Assembly: GCA_963826185.1 (NCBI GenBank)
Contig: CAWGVY010000004.1
Location: forward strand, 283,487-347,486
DNA from: an uncultured Actinomycetes bacterium
GTDB lineage: Bacteria > Actinomycetota > UBA4738 > HRBIN12
DNA: 64,000 nucleotides
Direction: 5' to 3'
A program made the position numbers and the translations under genes. Numbering within the stretch: position 1 is the stretch's first letter; the number at the start of each line of letters is the position of its first letter. Shown piece after piece: positions 23,511-34,005 of the stretch. The notes below the pieces were generated by a model that was not told the DNA's origin, ran no database searches, and saw nothing but the letters and a program-made list of their open reading frames with translations.

Positions 23511-24213
23511 CGAGATCCGCGAGCGGCTGCCCGAGCACGTCCTGGGAACGATCGAGGGACCGGAGGACCAAGCGATCCGGCGGCACGTCCGTGGCTGCGC
23601 CGGGTGCCGGAAGGACATGGCCGCGCTCGGTGAAGGGCTGACGCTGTTCTCACGTGCCGTCCACGACGTGGTTCCGCCCGATGAACTCCAGGGTCATGTA
23701 CGCACGGTGCTCCAGGAGGAGTGGCACGAGAGCTCGCCGGAGGAACCTCGAGCGTCCAAGCTGCGGTGGCTGGCCGTCGCCGCCACCATCCTTGCCTTGG
23801 TCGGCTCCCTGGCGTGGGGTGTCGCACAATCGCGCCGCGCCGACGCTGCCACCGAGGGCGCCGCCAGCTATCAGCGCTTGCTGGGCGTGCTCGGGGGCGA
23901 GGACTTCCGGGTGGGCGAGCTGCAGCCATCGGATGGGCGGACGGTGGAGGGCAGCGTCGTCGTCTACGACTCACACGTCGATCAGTCGTGGGCGGTGGTG
24001 TTCGTGCGTGTGCCGGGGGTGGAGGGGGCCGCGCGCGCCACCCTCCATGCCGACGACGGCCGCGCGATCGATCTGTGGGACTTCACGATCGATCACGGAG
24101 GTGACGGCGCCGGGTGGCTCGTGACCTCGGTCGACCTGGACGGATTCGACCGGTTGACCGTGACCGGCCCCGCCGGAGAGGCGTTGGCCTCTGCGGACAT
24201 CGTCGCGGCCTGA
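23500..24213 (+). CDS. zinc-binding (ZAS) membrane anti-sigma factor
   Basis: HVRGCAGC = Hx3Cx2C ZAS motif, single TM (WLAVAATILALVGSLAWGV), start overlaps sigma stop by 11 nt. Confidence 0.65.
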   Translation: MTCDEIRERLPEHVLGTIEGPEDQAIRRHVRGCAGCRKDMAALGEGLTLFSRAVHDVVPPDELQGHVRTVLQEEWHESSPEEPRASKLRWLAVAATILALVGSLAWGVAQSRRADAATEGAASYQRLLGVLGGEDFRVGELQPSDGRTVEGSVVVYDSHVDQSWAVVFVRVPGVEGAARATLHADDGRAIDLWDFTIDHGGDGAGWLVTSVDLDGFDRLTVTGPAGEALASADIVAA

Positions 24214-25206
24214 CTAGCGCCTCACCAGCAGACGCTTCACCGTCCTGGGCTCCGCCCCGAACCGATACTTGTACTGGTAATCGCCCTTGAGCAGGTCGAA
24301 GGCTTCGCACCCGCTGGCGATCGCCATGCGGATGTCCTCACCCACCAGGACCATCCCTGGCGCGAGACTTCCCCAGGCGCGATCGAACGCCGAGTTGTAG
24401 AGGGAGGAGGTCCCGCAGAACTCGAATCCGATCGTCCCCGCCGCGAGCTCACCGCCCACCTCGATGAAGTTGAGCTTGAAGATCCCTTCGGGGAGGAAAG
24501 CCTCACCGAGACGCCGGAAGAAGATCTCCATCCCCGGCTGCATGAAGACCCCTTTGTTCCCCTCGCTCAGCCGGTGCAGCTCCACGAATCGATCCAGCAA
24601 CGGATGCAGGGTTGCCTCGGACGCGGTGGAGATCCGGTACGGGCCCGCCTCCGTCTCCAGCTTCTTGGCTTTCCGTCGGATCTCGTGGCGCATCTTGGCC
24701 GGGAGTCCCTCCAGATAGGCCTCCCAAGTCGCGGGCAACGACAGGAATGGGGCCACACCGTTCGGGTCCTCCCCGTCGGACACCGTCAGCCCTTGGGACT
24801 CCGCGGCATCGCGGAGCAAGGCGTACCACGGGCGGTCCTCCGCCAGGCCCCGGAGATCGGCATCGGCCCAGTCGTCGCGCATCCGCAAGGCCGACCACAG
24901 CTCCTTCGCGAACGCCCCGTGCGCTTCCGGCAGTCCCACGGGGCCCATGTAGTCGGTGACCTCGGTCCCCCCGAGGAACCGCAGGGTACGGTCGATCCGC
25001 TCGAAGGCGACCGCTCCCACCTGGGATCCGTCGTCCTCTTCGGCGAATGCGAGCAGCAGACGATCCGCGTGCTCGCCGAACTCCTCCCAGTACAGCTTCA
25101 GGTAGGCGGGCGTGTGGAAGAAGGTCCCGGCGGGATCGACCACCACCAGCTCGGACCATCCGCGGCGTTGGAAATCGCGTCCGTCCTCGGAGAAGGTGAT
25201 CCTCAT
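24214..25206 (-). CDS. GNAT-fold acetyltransferase (FemAB/CelD/BioF2-like)
   Basis: 330-aa protein with Acetyltransf_6-like C-terminal half (GGELAAGTIGFEF... LYNSAFD). Confidence 0.55.
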   Translation of the reverse strand: MRITFSEDGRDFQRRGWSELVVVDPAGTFFHTPAYLKLYWEEFGEHADRLLLAFAEEDDGSQVGAVAFERIDRTLRFLGGTEVTDYMGPVGLPEAHGAFAKELWSALRMRDDWADADLRGLAEDRPWYALLRDAAESQGLTVSDGEDPNGVAPFLSLPATWEAYLEGLPAKMRHEIRRKAKKLETEAGPYRISTASEATLHPLLDRFVELHRLSEGNKGVFMQPGMEIFFRRLGEAFLPEGIFKLNFIEVGGELAAGTIGFEFCGTSSLYNSAFDRAWGSLAPGMVLVGEDIRMAIASGCEAFDLLKGDYQYKYRFGAEPRTVKRLLVRR

Positions 25207-25233
25207 GGGCCCATCATGCTACGAGCCCCGGCC

Positions 25234-27033
25234 CTACCAGGAGCCGCCGCCACCACCGCCGCCACCGCCGCCGGAGAACCCACCACCGCCGAACCCGCTG
25301 GATCCCGAACCCGATGGCGTGGACGCGATCGTCCCACCGGTGGTCACGGCGAAGCCGTCGATCGAGTGCGCGAAGTCCGCGTACACGAACGGCCGACTCG
25401 AGACGTACCAGGACGTATCGGGCTGCTGACCGAGGCTCTCGAAGGCCTTCGCCCACTTCTCGGTACACCCGAACACCACGGCGTAGGGCAGGAATCGCGT
25501 GAACACGTTCTCCTGCTCGGCCCAGCGGGCCATGTTCGTCTCGGCCTTCTCGATCACGGTTCGGAAGCCGCGAACGCGCCGCAGTTGCGCCGTCCCCTTC
25601 GCAGTGCGCGCCGGCATCCGTCTGGCCCCGACGAGCAGCACGAGTCCCGCCACCACGACGGGCAGCCCCAGCAGCCCGAGGTGGGTCCACCTCGCCAGCA
25701 CGAACGTCAGGATCGCCCCGAGCACCAGCAGGCCGCAGCCACGCAGCCCCCACCGGGTCCGCACCTTGTCGGGTCTCACGGCGAACCAGCCACGCTTCAC
25801 GGCGTCGGCATACATCGCGTCCTCCACCCCCTTGAGCCGCTCCACGAACGTGGTACGGAGCCCCGATATCGTGACCTCGCTCCCGTCACGGAAGAGTCCG
25901 TTCAGCAGCTTCTTCTCGTACGCGAGCAGTTCGTCGTCCGCCTTCTCCAGGCGGATCAACGTCCAGTCGGCCTTGCCGAACCACCCCTCCTTGGGGATCT
26001 CCTGGATCATCAGGAATCCTCGCACGGCCAGATCCACGATCGTCGCGGTGACGTCGAGGGTGTTGGCTTGCTCGTCGATCAGCGTGCCGACCTGGCCCGG
26101 GCGGATGTCGTCGGGCGGCGCGAACTCCACCGGCGCGGACGCGTCGCCCTCGAGAAGGGGAACGCGCTGATCATGGCCGGTTGGATTGCCCATCACCTGG
26201 TCCACATCCGAGCCTACGAAGCGGCGATCGCGTCCGCCCCGCCACAGCAACGCGCCGATGCCTCCGATGGCGATGAGAGCCAGGATGCCCGCCAGACCTC
26301 CTGTGAGCGGGGTCACCTTGAAGGCGCTCTGGAGAGACCAACGCTCCTCCAACCGTGGGACGGGCTCGTCCACCACCCCCTTCGGCATCGCCACCGCCAC
26401 GGTCATGCCCTCGTAGGGGAACAGGTCGCGCTGGGCGAACCCGGCCGTCGAGCCATCGGCCCCGGCCCGATCGCAGGGGAAGGTGGCGCCCTGATACCCG
26501 CGGAAGCACGCCACCTCGGTGATCTTGCCGGGCGCCCTCACCTGGGCCGTAGCGTGGTCGATGTGGACGGCCCAATCGTTGCCGACCGCGTTCCAGTAGA
26601 GCTCGTCGTGGTCGCGGAACCCGTTCAGGGCTGCCTCCACCGAGTAGACGATCGTGTAGGTGTGCACCCCGGTGACCGTCGTGTCCGGATCGCCGATCTT
26701 GATGCGGGTCATCCCTCCGGGGATGTCCTCCGTCGTGAACCCCGCGGGGGTCCCAGCCGGGGTGGCGCTCACCGATGTCACCGTGAGCGGGTACACACGG
26801 TCGTAGGTGTCGTCGTACCGCAGACGGGTCGGGACGTCTCGGAAGATCCCGTGATGCTCGGACGATCCGAAGTCGTACCGGATCACCTCGGCGATCCGTA
26901 GGGAGTCGTCTTGGTGGATCTGGATCGACACGCCATAGTCGAGGATCCGCTCCCCGACCTGAGCCCGTGCAGCTTGGGGACCCGCCAGGACGGCGCAGGC
27001 GACGAGGACCAGCACGGTGAGGTGACGTTTCAC
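25234..27033 (-). CDS. DUF2207-family membrane protein with Gly-rich C-terminal tail
   Basis: GTG 27033 (GGAG upstream) overlapping antiporter stop (GTGA); signal peptide, extracellular domain, 3 TM segments, C-terminal GFGGGGFSGGGGGGGGGGSW. Confidence 0.5.
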   Translation of the reverse strand: MKRHLTVLVLVACAVLAGPQAARAQVGERILDYGVSIQIHQDDSLRIAEVIRYDFGSSEHHGIFRDVPTRLRYDDTYDRVYPLTVTSVSATPAGTPAGFTTEDIPGGMTRIKIGDPDTTVTGVHTYTIVYSVEAALNGFRDHDELYWNAVGNDWAVHIDHATAQVRAPGKITEVACFRGYQGATFPCDRAGADGSTAGFAQRDLFPYEGMTVAVAMPKGVVDEPVPRLEERWSLQSAFKVTPLTGGLAGILALIAIGGIGALLWRGGRDRRFVGSDVDQVMGNPTGHDQRVPLLEGDASAPVEFAPPDDIRPGQVGTLIDEQANTLDVTATIVDLAVRGFLMIQEIPKEGWFGKADWTLIRLEKADDELLAYEKKLLNGLFRDGSEVTISGLRTTFVERLKGVEDAMYADAVKRGWFAVRPDKVRTRWGLRGCGLLVLGAILTFVLARWTHLGLLGLPVVVAGLVLLVGARRMPARTAKGTAQLRRVRGFRTVIEKAETNMARWAEQENVFTRFLPYAVVFGCTEKWAKAFESLGQQPDTSWYVSSRPFVYADFAHSIDGFAVTTGGTIASTPSGSGSSGFGGGGFSGGGGGGGGGGSW

Positions 27034-28088
27034 AGATGCTCCACGAAGAAGAAGGAGATGGCCATGATGACGTACGCCCCGGTGAGTTGAACGCCTTCCA
27101 GCCAGTTGCTCCGCCCGTCGAGTGCGATCAGGGCCATCAGGAGGGTGGCGAGGCCGACGGCGGCCACCTCGAACGTGCTGAACACGAAGTCCATCGGGTG
27201 TCCCACCAGCAACGAGATGAACACCAAGGCAGGGGCCACGAACAGGGCGATCTGCGTCGAGGACCCGATCGCGATCTCCAGGGTGATGTCCACCTTGTTG
27301 CGCACGGCGAACAGGACTGCGGATGAGTGTTCGGCGGCGTTGCCGATGATCGGGATCACGATGAGACCCACGAACAGCTCCGAGAGCCCCAGGGTGTGCA
27401 GCGCCGGCTCGAGTGAACCCACCAGGAACTCCGATTCCATCGCCACGAAGGCGGTCGCCACCAGGAGCATCGTCGTGGCGCGACCCCGCGACCATGACGG
27501 CTGCTCTCCTTCCGCGGGAGTCCGGAACAGGTGCTCGTGGGTCTTCAAGGTGAACAGAAGGGCGGCCCCGTACATCAAGATCAGCACCGCGGCCACCGTC
27601 CCCGAGACCACCTCCCTCTGGAAGAAGGTTTCGCGACCCCCCAAGGCGAACAATGCCGGCATCAGGAGCCCCGTCACCGCCAGGGCCATCGAGGTGGCGT
27701 GGACCGACGCCGAACGTTGGTTGAACGACTGCTCCTGATGCTTGAGCCCCCCCACCAGGAAGGACAGGCCCAGGACGAGCAAAAGGTTGCCCAGGATCGA
27801 CCCGGTCAGCGACGCCTTCACGATCTCGACCTTGTCGTCCAGCAGCAGGAAGATCGCGATGATCAGCTCGGTGACGTTGCCGAAGGTGGCGTTGATCAGC
27901 CCGCCGATCCGTGGGCCGGTGTGCAGAGCCAGCTGCTCGGTGGAACGGCCGATCAGCCCCGCCAGCGGCAGGATCGCTCCGGCGGATGTCAGGAAGATCG
28001 CAAGGTCCGGACCACCGGCCAGCCGCAGGATCACCGAGACGGGCACCAGCACCAGCAGCCAGTCGAGCGACGGCTTCAGCTTCGGCAT
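27030..28088 (-). CDS. chaA: Ca2+/H+ antiporter (CaCA family)
   Basis: Two alpha-repeat regions (GNVTELIIAIF; GNAAEHSSAVLFA) in 11-TM 352-aa protein. Confidence 0.8.
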   Translation of the reverse strand: MPKLKPSLDWLLVLVPVSVILRLAGGPDLAIFLTSAGAILPLAGLIGRSTEQLALHTGPRIGGLINATFGNVTELIIAIFLLLDDKVEIVKASLTGSILGNLLLVLGLSFLVGGLKHQEQSFNQRSASVHATSMALAVTGLLMPALFALGGRETFFQREVVSGTVAAVLILMYGAALLFTLKTHEHLFRTPAEGEQPSWSRGRATTMLLVATAFVAMESEFLVGSLEPALHTLGLSELFVGLIVIPIIGNAAEHSSAVLFAVRNKVDITLEIAIGSSTQIALFVAPALVFISLLVGHPMDFVFSTFEVAAVGLATLLMALIALDGRSNWLEGVQLTGAYVIMAISFFFVEHL

Positions 28089-28148
28089 GCGCTGCAGCCT
28101 AGAGGGTGCGAACAGGTGGAACCAGCAACGTATCTAGTCTGAGATGGA

Positions 28149-28604
28149 CTAGTTGACCGAGTGGGCGTGGGTACCCGAGGCTGAGCCGTCCTCCAGGGCT
28201 TCCTGGAGGACGTCCCATGACAGCACGGCGCACTTGATGCGGATCGGGTACTTCACGACGCCCTTCAGCGCCACGAGGTCGCCGAAGACGTCCTCATCAG
28301 CCTCCTCTTCCCCCGCCATGAGGCCCCGGAACCGGGTGGCCAGCCCCTTGGCCTCGTCCACCGTGACGCCGGTGACGGCCTCGGTCATCATCGACGCGCT
28401 GGATTGGCTGATGGAACAGCCGGCACCCTGGAACGTCACCTCGAGGACCTTGCCGTCCTCGACGTGGGCCAGGACCGTGATCTCGTCGCCGCAGAGCGGG
28501 TTGTTCCGCGTGCAGCTGAGCTCCGCTCCCGGCAGATCGCGCTTGTTCCGGGGGTTCTTGTAGTGATCGAGGATGACTTCCTTGTAGATGTCGTCGAGCG
28601 CCAC
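28149..28604 (-). CDS. sufU: SUF-system Fe-S scaffold/sulfur acceptor SufU (NifU-like)
   Basis: NPLCGDEI, QGAGCSISQSSASMMTE, IKCAVLSW motifs. Confidence 0.8.
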   Translation of the reverse strand: MALDDIYKEVILDHYKNPRNKRDLPGAELSCTRNNPLCGDEITVLAHVEDGKVLEVTFQGAGCSISQSSASMMTEAVTGVTVDEAKGLATRFRGLMAGEEEADEDVFGDLVALKGVVKYPIRIKCAVLSWDVLQEALEDGSASGTHAHSVN

Positions 28605-28616
28605 GCTTCCCTCGTT

Positions 28617-29859
28617 TCAGGACTCGAAGATCGCCTCGGCCTTGGCCAGCGCCTCTACCAGCGCGTCGACCTCTGCCTTCGTGTTGTAGACGTAGAACGA
28701 TGCGCGGGCCGTGGCCGGCGTGCCGAAACGACGCATCACCAACTGGGCACAGTGGTGGCCGGCACGGATCGCCACACCGTCCTCGTTCAGGATGGTCGCC
28801 AGGTCGTGGGGATGAACCTCCTTGAACCAGAAGCTCACCGCCCCGCCGCGTATGGACGGATCCTTCGGGCCGAAGACGGTGGCGCCGGCGTCCAAGAGCC
28901 GATCCAGGGCGTAGCGGGTGATCTCCTCCTCGTGGGCGCGGACCCGATCCATGCCCAACGTATTCAGGTAGTCCACCGCGGCGCCCAGCCCCACCTGCTG
29001 CGCGATCGGCATCGTCCCGCCCTCGAACTTGTACGGGTACGGCTTGTACGTGGCGTGGTCGTGGAACACCTCGTGGATCATCTCGCCGCCACCCAACATG
29101 GGGTCCATGGCGTCCAGGATCTCCGGTTTGCCGTAGAGGCCGCCGCTGGCGGTGGGGCCCAGCATCTTGTGGCCGCTGAACCCCAGCAGGTCGACGTCCA
29201 GGGCCTCGACGTCGATCGGGACGTGCGGCGCCAGCTGGGCGGCGTCGACGGCCACCACGGCGCCCACCGCGTGGGCTGCGTCCACCAGCTGCTTGAGGGG
29301 CGTGATCGTGCCCAGGGCGTTGGACATCCCGGTCACCGAGAAGATCTTCGTGCGCTCCGTCAGCAGGGATCCCAACCCCGATAGATCGAGCTGGCCGTCA
29401 TCGGTGAGCGGTAGGTAGCGGAGCGTGGCGCCCGTCACGGCCGCCGTCATCTGCCACGGCACGATGTTCGAATGGTGCTCCATCTCCGTGATCAAGATCT
29501 CGTCGCCCTGGTGGAGGAACTTGCGTCCCCAGCCCTGGGCCACCAGGTTCATCGATTCCGTGACCCCCCGGGTGAACACGATCGTCTCGGGGTCGGACGC
29601 GCCGAAGAACGCGGCCAGCTTGGCGCGGGCACCCTCGTACCGCTCCGTGGCCTCCTCGCCCAGCATGTGGATGCCTCGGTGGGCGTTGGCGTTGTGATAC
29701 CGGTAGAAGTCGGCCTCGGCGTCGATCACCTGGGCTGGCTTCTGCGAGGTGGCCGCGCTGTCCAGGTACACCAGCGGATGGTCGCCGACGGTGCGCGACA
29801 GGATCGGGAAGTCAGCCCGGATCCTCTCGACGTCCAGACCCCCAACGTGATCCGTCATG
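28617..29859 (-). CDS. sufS: cysteine desulfurase SufS
   Basis: Group II desulfurase motifs (RGIHMLGEEAT, FSGHKMLGPTASGGLYGK, RAGHHCAQ); ATG 29859 with GGGAGAAG RBS. Confidence 0.9.
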
Positions 29860-29877
29860 TGCTTCTCCCTGCGTTCC

Positions 29878-30672
29878 TCAGTGGGCGTCGGCCGTGACCT
29901 CGGCCTCCAGCCCCAGTTCGGCGCGGACGCCCTCGTACCCCTTCTCCTCGAGCTCGTGCGCAAGCTCCGCGCCACCGGACTTCACGATACGACCCTTCAT
30001 CATCACGTGGACACGATCCGGCGTGATGTAGTTCAGCATCCGCTGGTAGTGCGTGATGAGCAAGATGCCGAGCTCGGGTCCCACCAGCTCGTTGACCCCT
30101 TCAGCCACGAGCTTCAGCGAGTCGATGTCCAGGCCCGAGTCCGTCTCGTCCAGGATCGCGATCTGCGGCTGCAGTACCGCGAGCTGGAGTACTTCGTTGC
30201 GCTTCTTCTCACCACCGGAGAACCCCTGGTTCACGTAGCGGTTCACCATGGCGTCCTCGATCTTCAGCTTGTCCATCTGTTCCTTCATGTGCTTGCGGAA
30301 CGCAAGGGCCGAGATCGGCTCGCTCTTCACGGCCTGGTACGCCGTGCGCATGAAGTTCACGACGGACACGCCCGGGACCTCCGTCGGGTACTGCATCGCC
30401 AGGAAGAGACCACGCTTCGCGCGCTGGTCCGGCGTCAGAGCGGTGATGTCCTCACCGTTGAACCGCACGACACCACCTGTCACGACGTAGCCGGGCCGGC
30501 CCATGATCACGTTGGACAGGGTCGACTTCCCGGAGCCGTTCGGTCCCATCAGGGCGTGGGTCTCACCCTGTCGGACCACCAGGTCGATGCCGCGAAGGAT
30601 CTCCTTGCCCTCGACCTCCGCGCGGAGATCCCGCACCTCCAGGGTCGCGGGCGTGCTGCCGTTCTCAGTCAT
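29878..30672 (-). CDS. sufC: Fe-S cluster assembly ATPase SufC
   Basis: Walker A GPNGSGKST, ABC signature FSGGEKKR, Walker B ILDETDSGLD. Confidence 0.9.
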   Translation of the reverse strand: MTENGSTPATLEVRDLRAEVEGKEILRGIDLVVRQGETHALMGPNGSGKSTLSNVIMGRPGYVVTGGVVRFNGEDITALTPDQRAKRGLFLAMQYPTEVPGVSVVNFMRTAYQAVKSEPISALAFRKHMKEQMDKLKIEDAMVNRYVNQGFSGGEKKRNEVLQLAVLQPQIAILDETDSGLDIDSLKLVAEGVNELVGPELGILLITHYQRMLNYITPDRVHVMMKGRIVKSGGAELAHELEEKGYEGVRAELGLEAEVTADAH

Positions 30673-30991
30673 CGGTCACCTCGATCAGGATGTCGTCGCC
30701 GTCGACCTTCACCGCGAAGACGGGGTTGGCCAGGGTGGCCGGAAGCGTCGTGGGCCGCCCGGTGTTCAGGTCGAACGTGGAACCGTGCTTCGGGCACTCG
30801 ATCGTCTCGTCCTCGACGTCGATCTCGCCCTCGTCCAGGAAGTAGTGCGCGTGCGAACAGATCGCGTCGATCGCCCGGAAGCCCTGGCTGCCGAGGTTCG
30901 CCACGGCGATGGGCCGCGCGTCATGCTCGAAGCGTCGTACCTCCCCCTCCGGGACGTCCCCCACGCCGCATATCCGCACGGGCGTCATCAC
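30665..30991 (-). CDS. Rieske [2Fe-2S] ferredoxin-type protein inside suf operon
   Basis: CSHAHYFL ... CPKHGSTF Rieske CxH...CxxH motifs; GTG start overlaps sufD stop (GTGA). Confidence 0.75.
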   Translation of the reverse strand: MMTPVRICGVGDVPEGEVRRFEHDARPIAVANLGSQGFRAIDAICSHAHYFLDEGEIDVEDETIECPKHGSTFDLNTGRPTTLPATLANPVFAVKVDGDDILIEVTDD

Positions 30992-32310
30992 CGGATCCCC
31001 TCACGGAGTTCATCCTGGATCGCGATCTCGGCGCCCTCACGGACCTCGTCGATCCGCACACGGTCCAGGACCTCCTGGAAGAATCCGGACACGATCAGCC
31101 GCTCGGCCTCGGCCTCGGGGATCCCCCGGCTCTCCAGGTAGAACACGGCTTCGTCGTCCACCGGACCCACGCTGGCCGCATGGCCGCACCGCACGTCGTT
31201 GGCCTCGATCTCCAGGTTCGGGATCGCGTCGGCCTTCGCGTGCTCGCTGAGCACGATGTTGCGCGAAGTCTGCATCGCGTTGGTCTTCTGCGCGCCGGGA
31301 CGCACATGCACCCACCCGCTGTAGACGGCGCGGGAGCGGTCACGCAGCGCCCCCTTGTAGAGGAGGTCGCTGGTGCAGTTCGGAGCGGCGTGATCCTGGA
31401 TCGAGCGATGGTCGAAGTGCTGTTCGCCGTCCGCGAAGAACACGCCGAGTTGTTCGGAGAACCCGCCGGGGCTATCCAGCAGGACCTCCGTCTCGGTCCG
31501 GGCCAGATCGGCCCCGAAGCCGATCGAGAGGGTCCGCAGTTCGGCGTCGCGCCCCACGGAGGCGCGTTGGACGCTGAGGTGGGAGACGCCGCTGCCCCAG
31601 TCCTGGATCGCCGCGTACCGGACGTGTGCGCCGTCGCCGACCACGATCTCGGTCACCGCGTCGCTCAGCGCCCGCGTGAGGGCCGGAGACGCGTACCGGT
31701 CGATGAAGGTCACCTCCGAGCCGGCCTCCACCACGATCAGGGCGTGGGGGAAGACCGCGGCACCGTCGGCGTCCAGCCACGTCAGGGTCTGCAACGGCAG
31801 CTCGATCGCGGTGTCTCGTGGCACGTGCAGGAACGTGCCCCCGGTGCGGAACGCTCCGTGCAGCGCCAGGAACTTGGTCCGAGCGGTCGGGACCAGCCGA
31901 TGGAGCGAGGCCTCGACCAGGTCCGGGTGCGTGGCCGATACCGCGTCCAGATCCCCGAAGATGACCCCCCGGTCGACGAGCTCGGGATCGAGATGGGTGA
32001 GCATCACGTCGGAGTTGTGCTGGATCTGCAGTCCCGCACGGTCGCCCACCTTGCCGACCGCGGCCAGGATGGCGTCGGGGACGCCGTCGAGGTCCCGCGC
32101 ACGGCCCCCGGGGACGTACGGGGCGAACGACAGCGCCAGGTCGGATAGATCGGTGTAGCGCCACTCCTCGGTCTCCTGGGAGGGCACCGGGAGCGCCTGG
32201 AACTCCTCGAACGCCTGCTTGCGGATGGGACCGGTGAACCCGGCCACCTCCGGAAGTGCCGCGAGGGCGAGCTCATCGAACGTGGTGGTCAGCGTGTCCT
32301 TCACACGCAA
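30988..32310 (-). CDS. sufD: Fe-S cluster assembly protein SufD
   Basis: SufB/SufD beta-helix family, 440 aa, directly upstream of Rieske-sufC. Confidence 0.8.
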   Translation of the reverse strand: MRVKDTLTTTFDELALAALPEVAGFTGPIRKQAFEEFQALPVPSQETEEWRYTDLSDLALSFAPYVPGGRARDLDGVPDAILAAVGKVGDRAGLQIQHNSDVMLTHLDPELVDRGVIFGDLDAVSATHPDLVEASLHRLVPTARTKFLALHGAFRTGGTFLHVPRDTAIELPLQTLTWLDADGAAVFPHALIVVEAGSEVTFIDRYASPALTRALSDAVTEIVVGDGAHVRYAAIQDWGSGVSHLSVQRASVGRDAELRTLSIGFGADLARTETEVLLDSPGGFSEQLGVFFADGEQHFDHRSIQDHAAPNCTSDLLYKGALRDRSRAVYSGWVHVRPGAQKTNAMQTSRNIVLSEHAKADAIPNLEIEANDVRCGHAASVGPVDDEAVFYLESRGIPEAEAERLIVSGFFQEVLDRVRIDEVREGAEIAIQDELREGIR

Positions 32311-32384
32311 ATGCTACCTGGGAGGTCGGATTCACCCAACCCTGCCGCGATCCGTCCGGCTCGCGCCTCCCTCGGGTCCGATGT

Positions 32385-33434
32385 CTAGTTAGCAGGCTCG
32401 GAGACGAGCGGGTTCCATGGCCCCGATCTCGCGTAACCGTACTCCTTGGGATGCTTCCCGTCCGCATCCGCGATGACGAGATAGGGACCGTGGTTGTAAG
32501 CGATACGAGAGCTGTCCGGTGACCAGTTCGGACTCCTGCCGTGGGGGATCAATAGGGTGAGATCCGATCCATCGGCCCTGATCGTGTAGATATGCCCGCC
32601 GTAGTCGATCGCGAGGCGTGTCCCATCGGGAGACCAGACGAGGCGGAGGGTGTAGCCAGAGTCCTTGAACGTCTCGTGGCTGAGGAGTCGTGAACCGCCC
32701 CCTGCAGCGTCCAACGCCCGGAGGCGGTACCGCCCCCCATTCCATGCGAAATAGGCAATCGTCGACCCGTCGGGAGAGAACGTCGGGGCGTATAGCTCCT
32801 CGGGCTCAGGGGCGGTGAACAGGACGTGTGGCGCGCCTCCTGCAGCGTCGACCTCATAGATGCGGGAACGTTTCCCGCCGAAGCCAGATCCGTAGACGAC
32901 CTTCGATCCGTCCGGGGAGAAGGACCCGCCCTCGATGTATGCGTCACCCCTCGTCAAGCGGGTCTCGGTTCCGTCCGCGTTCAATACGAAGAGGTTGCTG
33001 CCTAGGAAGGTTTGCGGGGGCGGCGGGGGCTCCGTGTTGCGCCGAAGGATGAGCAGCCTCGAACCGTCGCTCGACCACGCCACGGGCCACCCTGTCCCCG
33101 GGCTGAGCAGGATCCGATCTTTCGGATCACCAGGAGCTGCCGGGTTGACCGCCCAGATCCCCCCCTTCCCACCCCGATCGGCGTAGGCGATCCATCCGCC
33201 GACGTGCGAGAAGATCCCTCCGGGCCTTGGCCGCTCAGCTGGTCGGTCCGCGTCGCGGAAGGTGCGAGCCAGGAACGCGAGGCTCAGCAGTGCGAGGACC
33301 AACGCGATCGCTCCTGCAGACAGCTTCCGGTTCCGCTCCTTCCTTGCGCGGCGGCGGATCAGGGAACCCATGACGTCTTCTGGGGGAACGAAACGTTCGC
33401 GGGCTCGCTGGAGCAGCTCCTTGGTGTCATCCAT
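32385..33434 (-). CDS. membrane-anchored anti-sigma-like protein with extracytoplasmic TolB-like (PD40) beta-propeller
   Basis: ATG 33434 overlapping ECF sigma stop by 8 nt (ATGGATGA); short cytoplasmic N-term, TM LSAGAIALVLALLSLAFLA, repeated FSPDGS/WSPDGT PD40 motifs. Confidence 0.5.
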   Translation of the reverse strand: MDDTKELLQRARERFVPPEDVMGSLIRRRARKERNRKLSAGAIALVLALLSLAFLARTFRDADRPAERPRPGGIFSHVGGWIAYADRGGKGGIWAVNPAAPGDPKDRILLSPGTGWPVAWSSDGSRLLILRRNTEPPPPPQTFLGSNLFVLNADGTETRLTRGDAYIEGGSFSPDGSKVVYGSGFGGKRSRIYEVDAAGGAPHVLFTAPEPEELYAPTFSPDGSTIAYFAWNGGRYRLRALDAAGGGSRLLSHETFKDSGYTLRLVWSPDGTRLAIDYGGHIYTIRADGSDLTLLIPHGRSPNWSPDSSRIAYNHGPYLVIADADGKHPKEYGYARSGPWNPLVSEPAN

Positions 33435-33957
33435 CCGTATCACCCACGTTCCGTTTGAGCGCGGCCCGGCCCTGTGAGACGAGCACCCTGACGGTGGCAG
33501 CCTTGATCCCCATCGCGTGCGCCGCATCCTCCGACGAGAAGCCAAGGAGGTCGACCAGCACGATGCCCTGACGCTGCCGCCGCGTCAGGGCCGCGAGCGC
33601 ATGAACGACCTCGTCGTGCGTCTCGACCTCTGCGAGTTCGTCGCTGGGAGGGACCAGGCGGATCGCGCGTTTCACGGCGAGTGACGCGCGCCGGATCCGC
33701 TTGCGGTAGAGGTTCAACGCCGTGCGGTACAGGTAGCCGGTCGGATCGTCCATATCCCCCACCCGGTCCCAGCGCTCCCAGACCTTCAGGAACGCCTCCT
33801 GCATGACGTCCTCGGCCTCGAACCGGTCCCTCGTGACCAAGCAGAGCGCGCCGAACAGTCCAGCCTTCTCGGCATCGACCAGGTCCTCGAAGGATCTGGC
33901 GGTTGGCTCTCCGGCGCGAGACGGCACCGGCAGCGAAAGGTGGAGTGGCTCGTTCAT
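33427..33957 (-). CDS. ECF RNA polymerase sigma factor
   Basis: Region 2 (EDVMQEAFLKVWERWDR) and region 4 (LLGFSSEDAAHAMGIKAATVRVLVSQGRAALK). Confidence 0.8.
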   Translation of the reverse strand: MNEPLHLSLPVPSRAGEPTARSFEDLVDAEKAGLFGALCLVTRDRFEAEDVMQEAFLKVWERWDRVGDMDDPTGYLYRTALNLYRKRIRRASLAVKRAIRLVPPSDELAEVETHDEVVHALAALTRRQRQGIVLVDLLGFSSEDAAHAMGIKAATVRVLVSQGRAALKRNVGDTDG

Positions 33958-34005
33958 CGGTACATGAACCCTCGAGCGCCGAAGGTTGATTATGAGCTAC
34001 ACCAG

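Noticed and set aside
24574-26901. 775-aa plus-strand ORF antisense to the GNAT and DUF2207 genes
   Set aside because: Low-complexity R/G/P-rich product with no motifs. The minus-strand genes have signal peptide, TM segments, an RBS and translational coupling.
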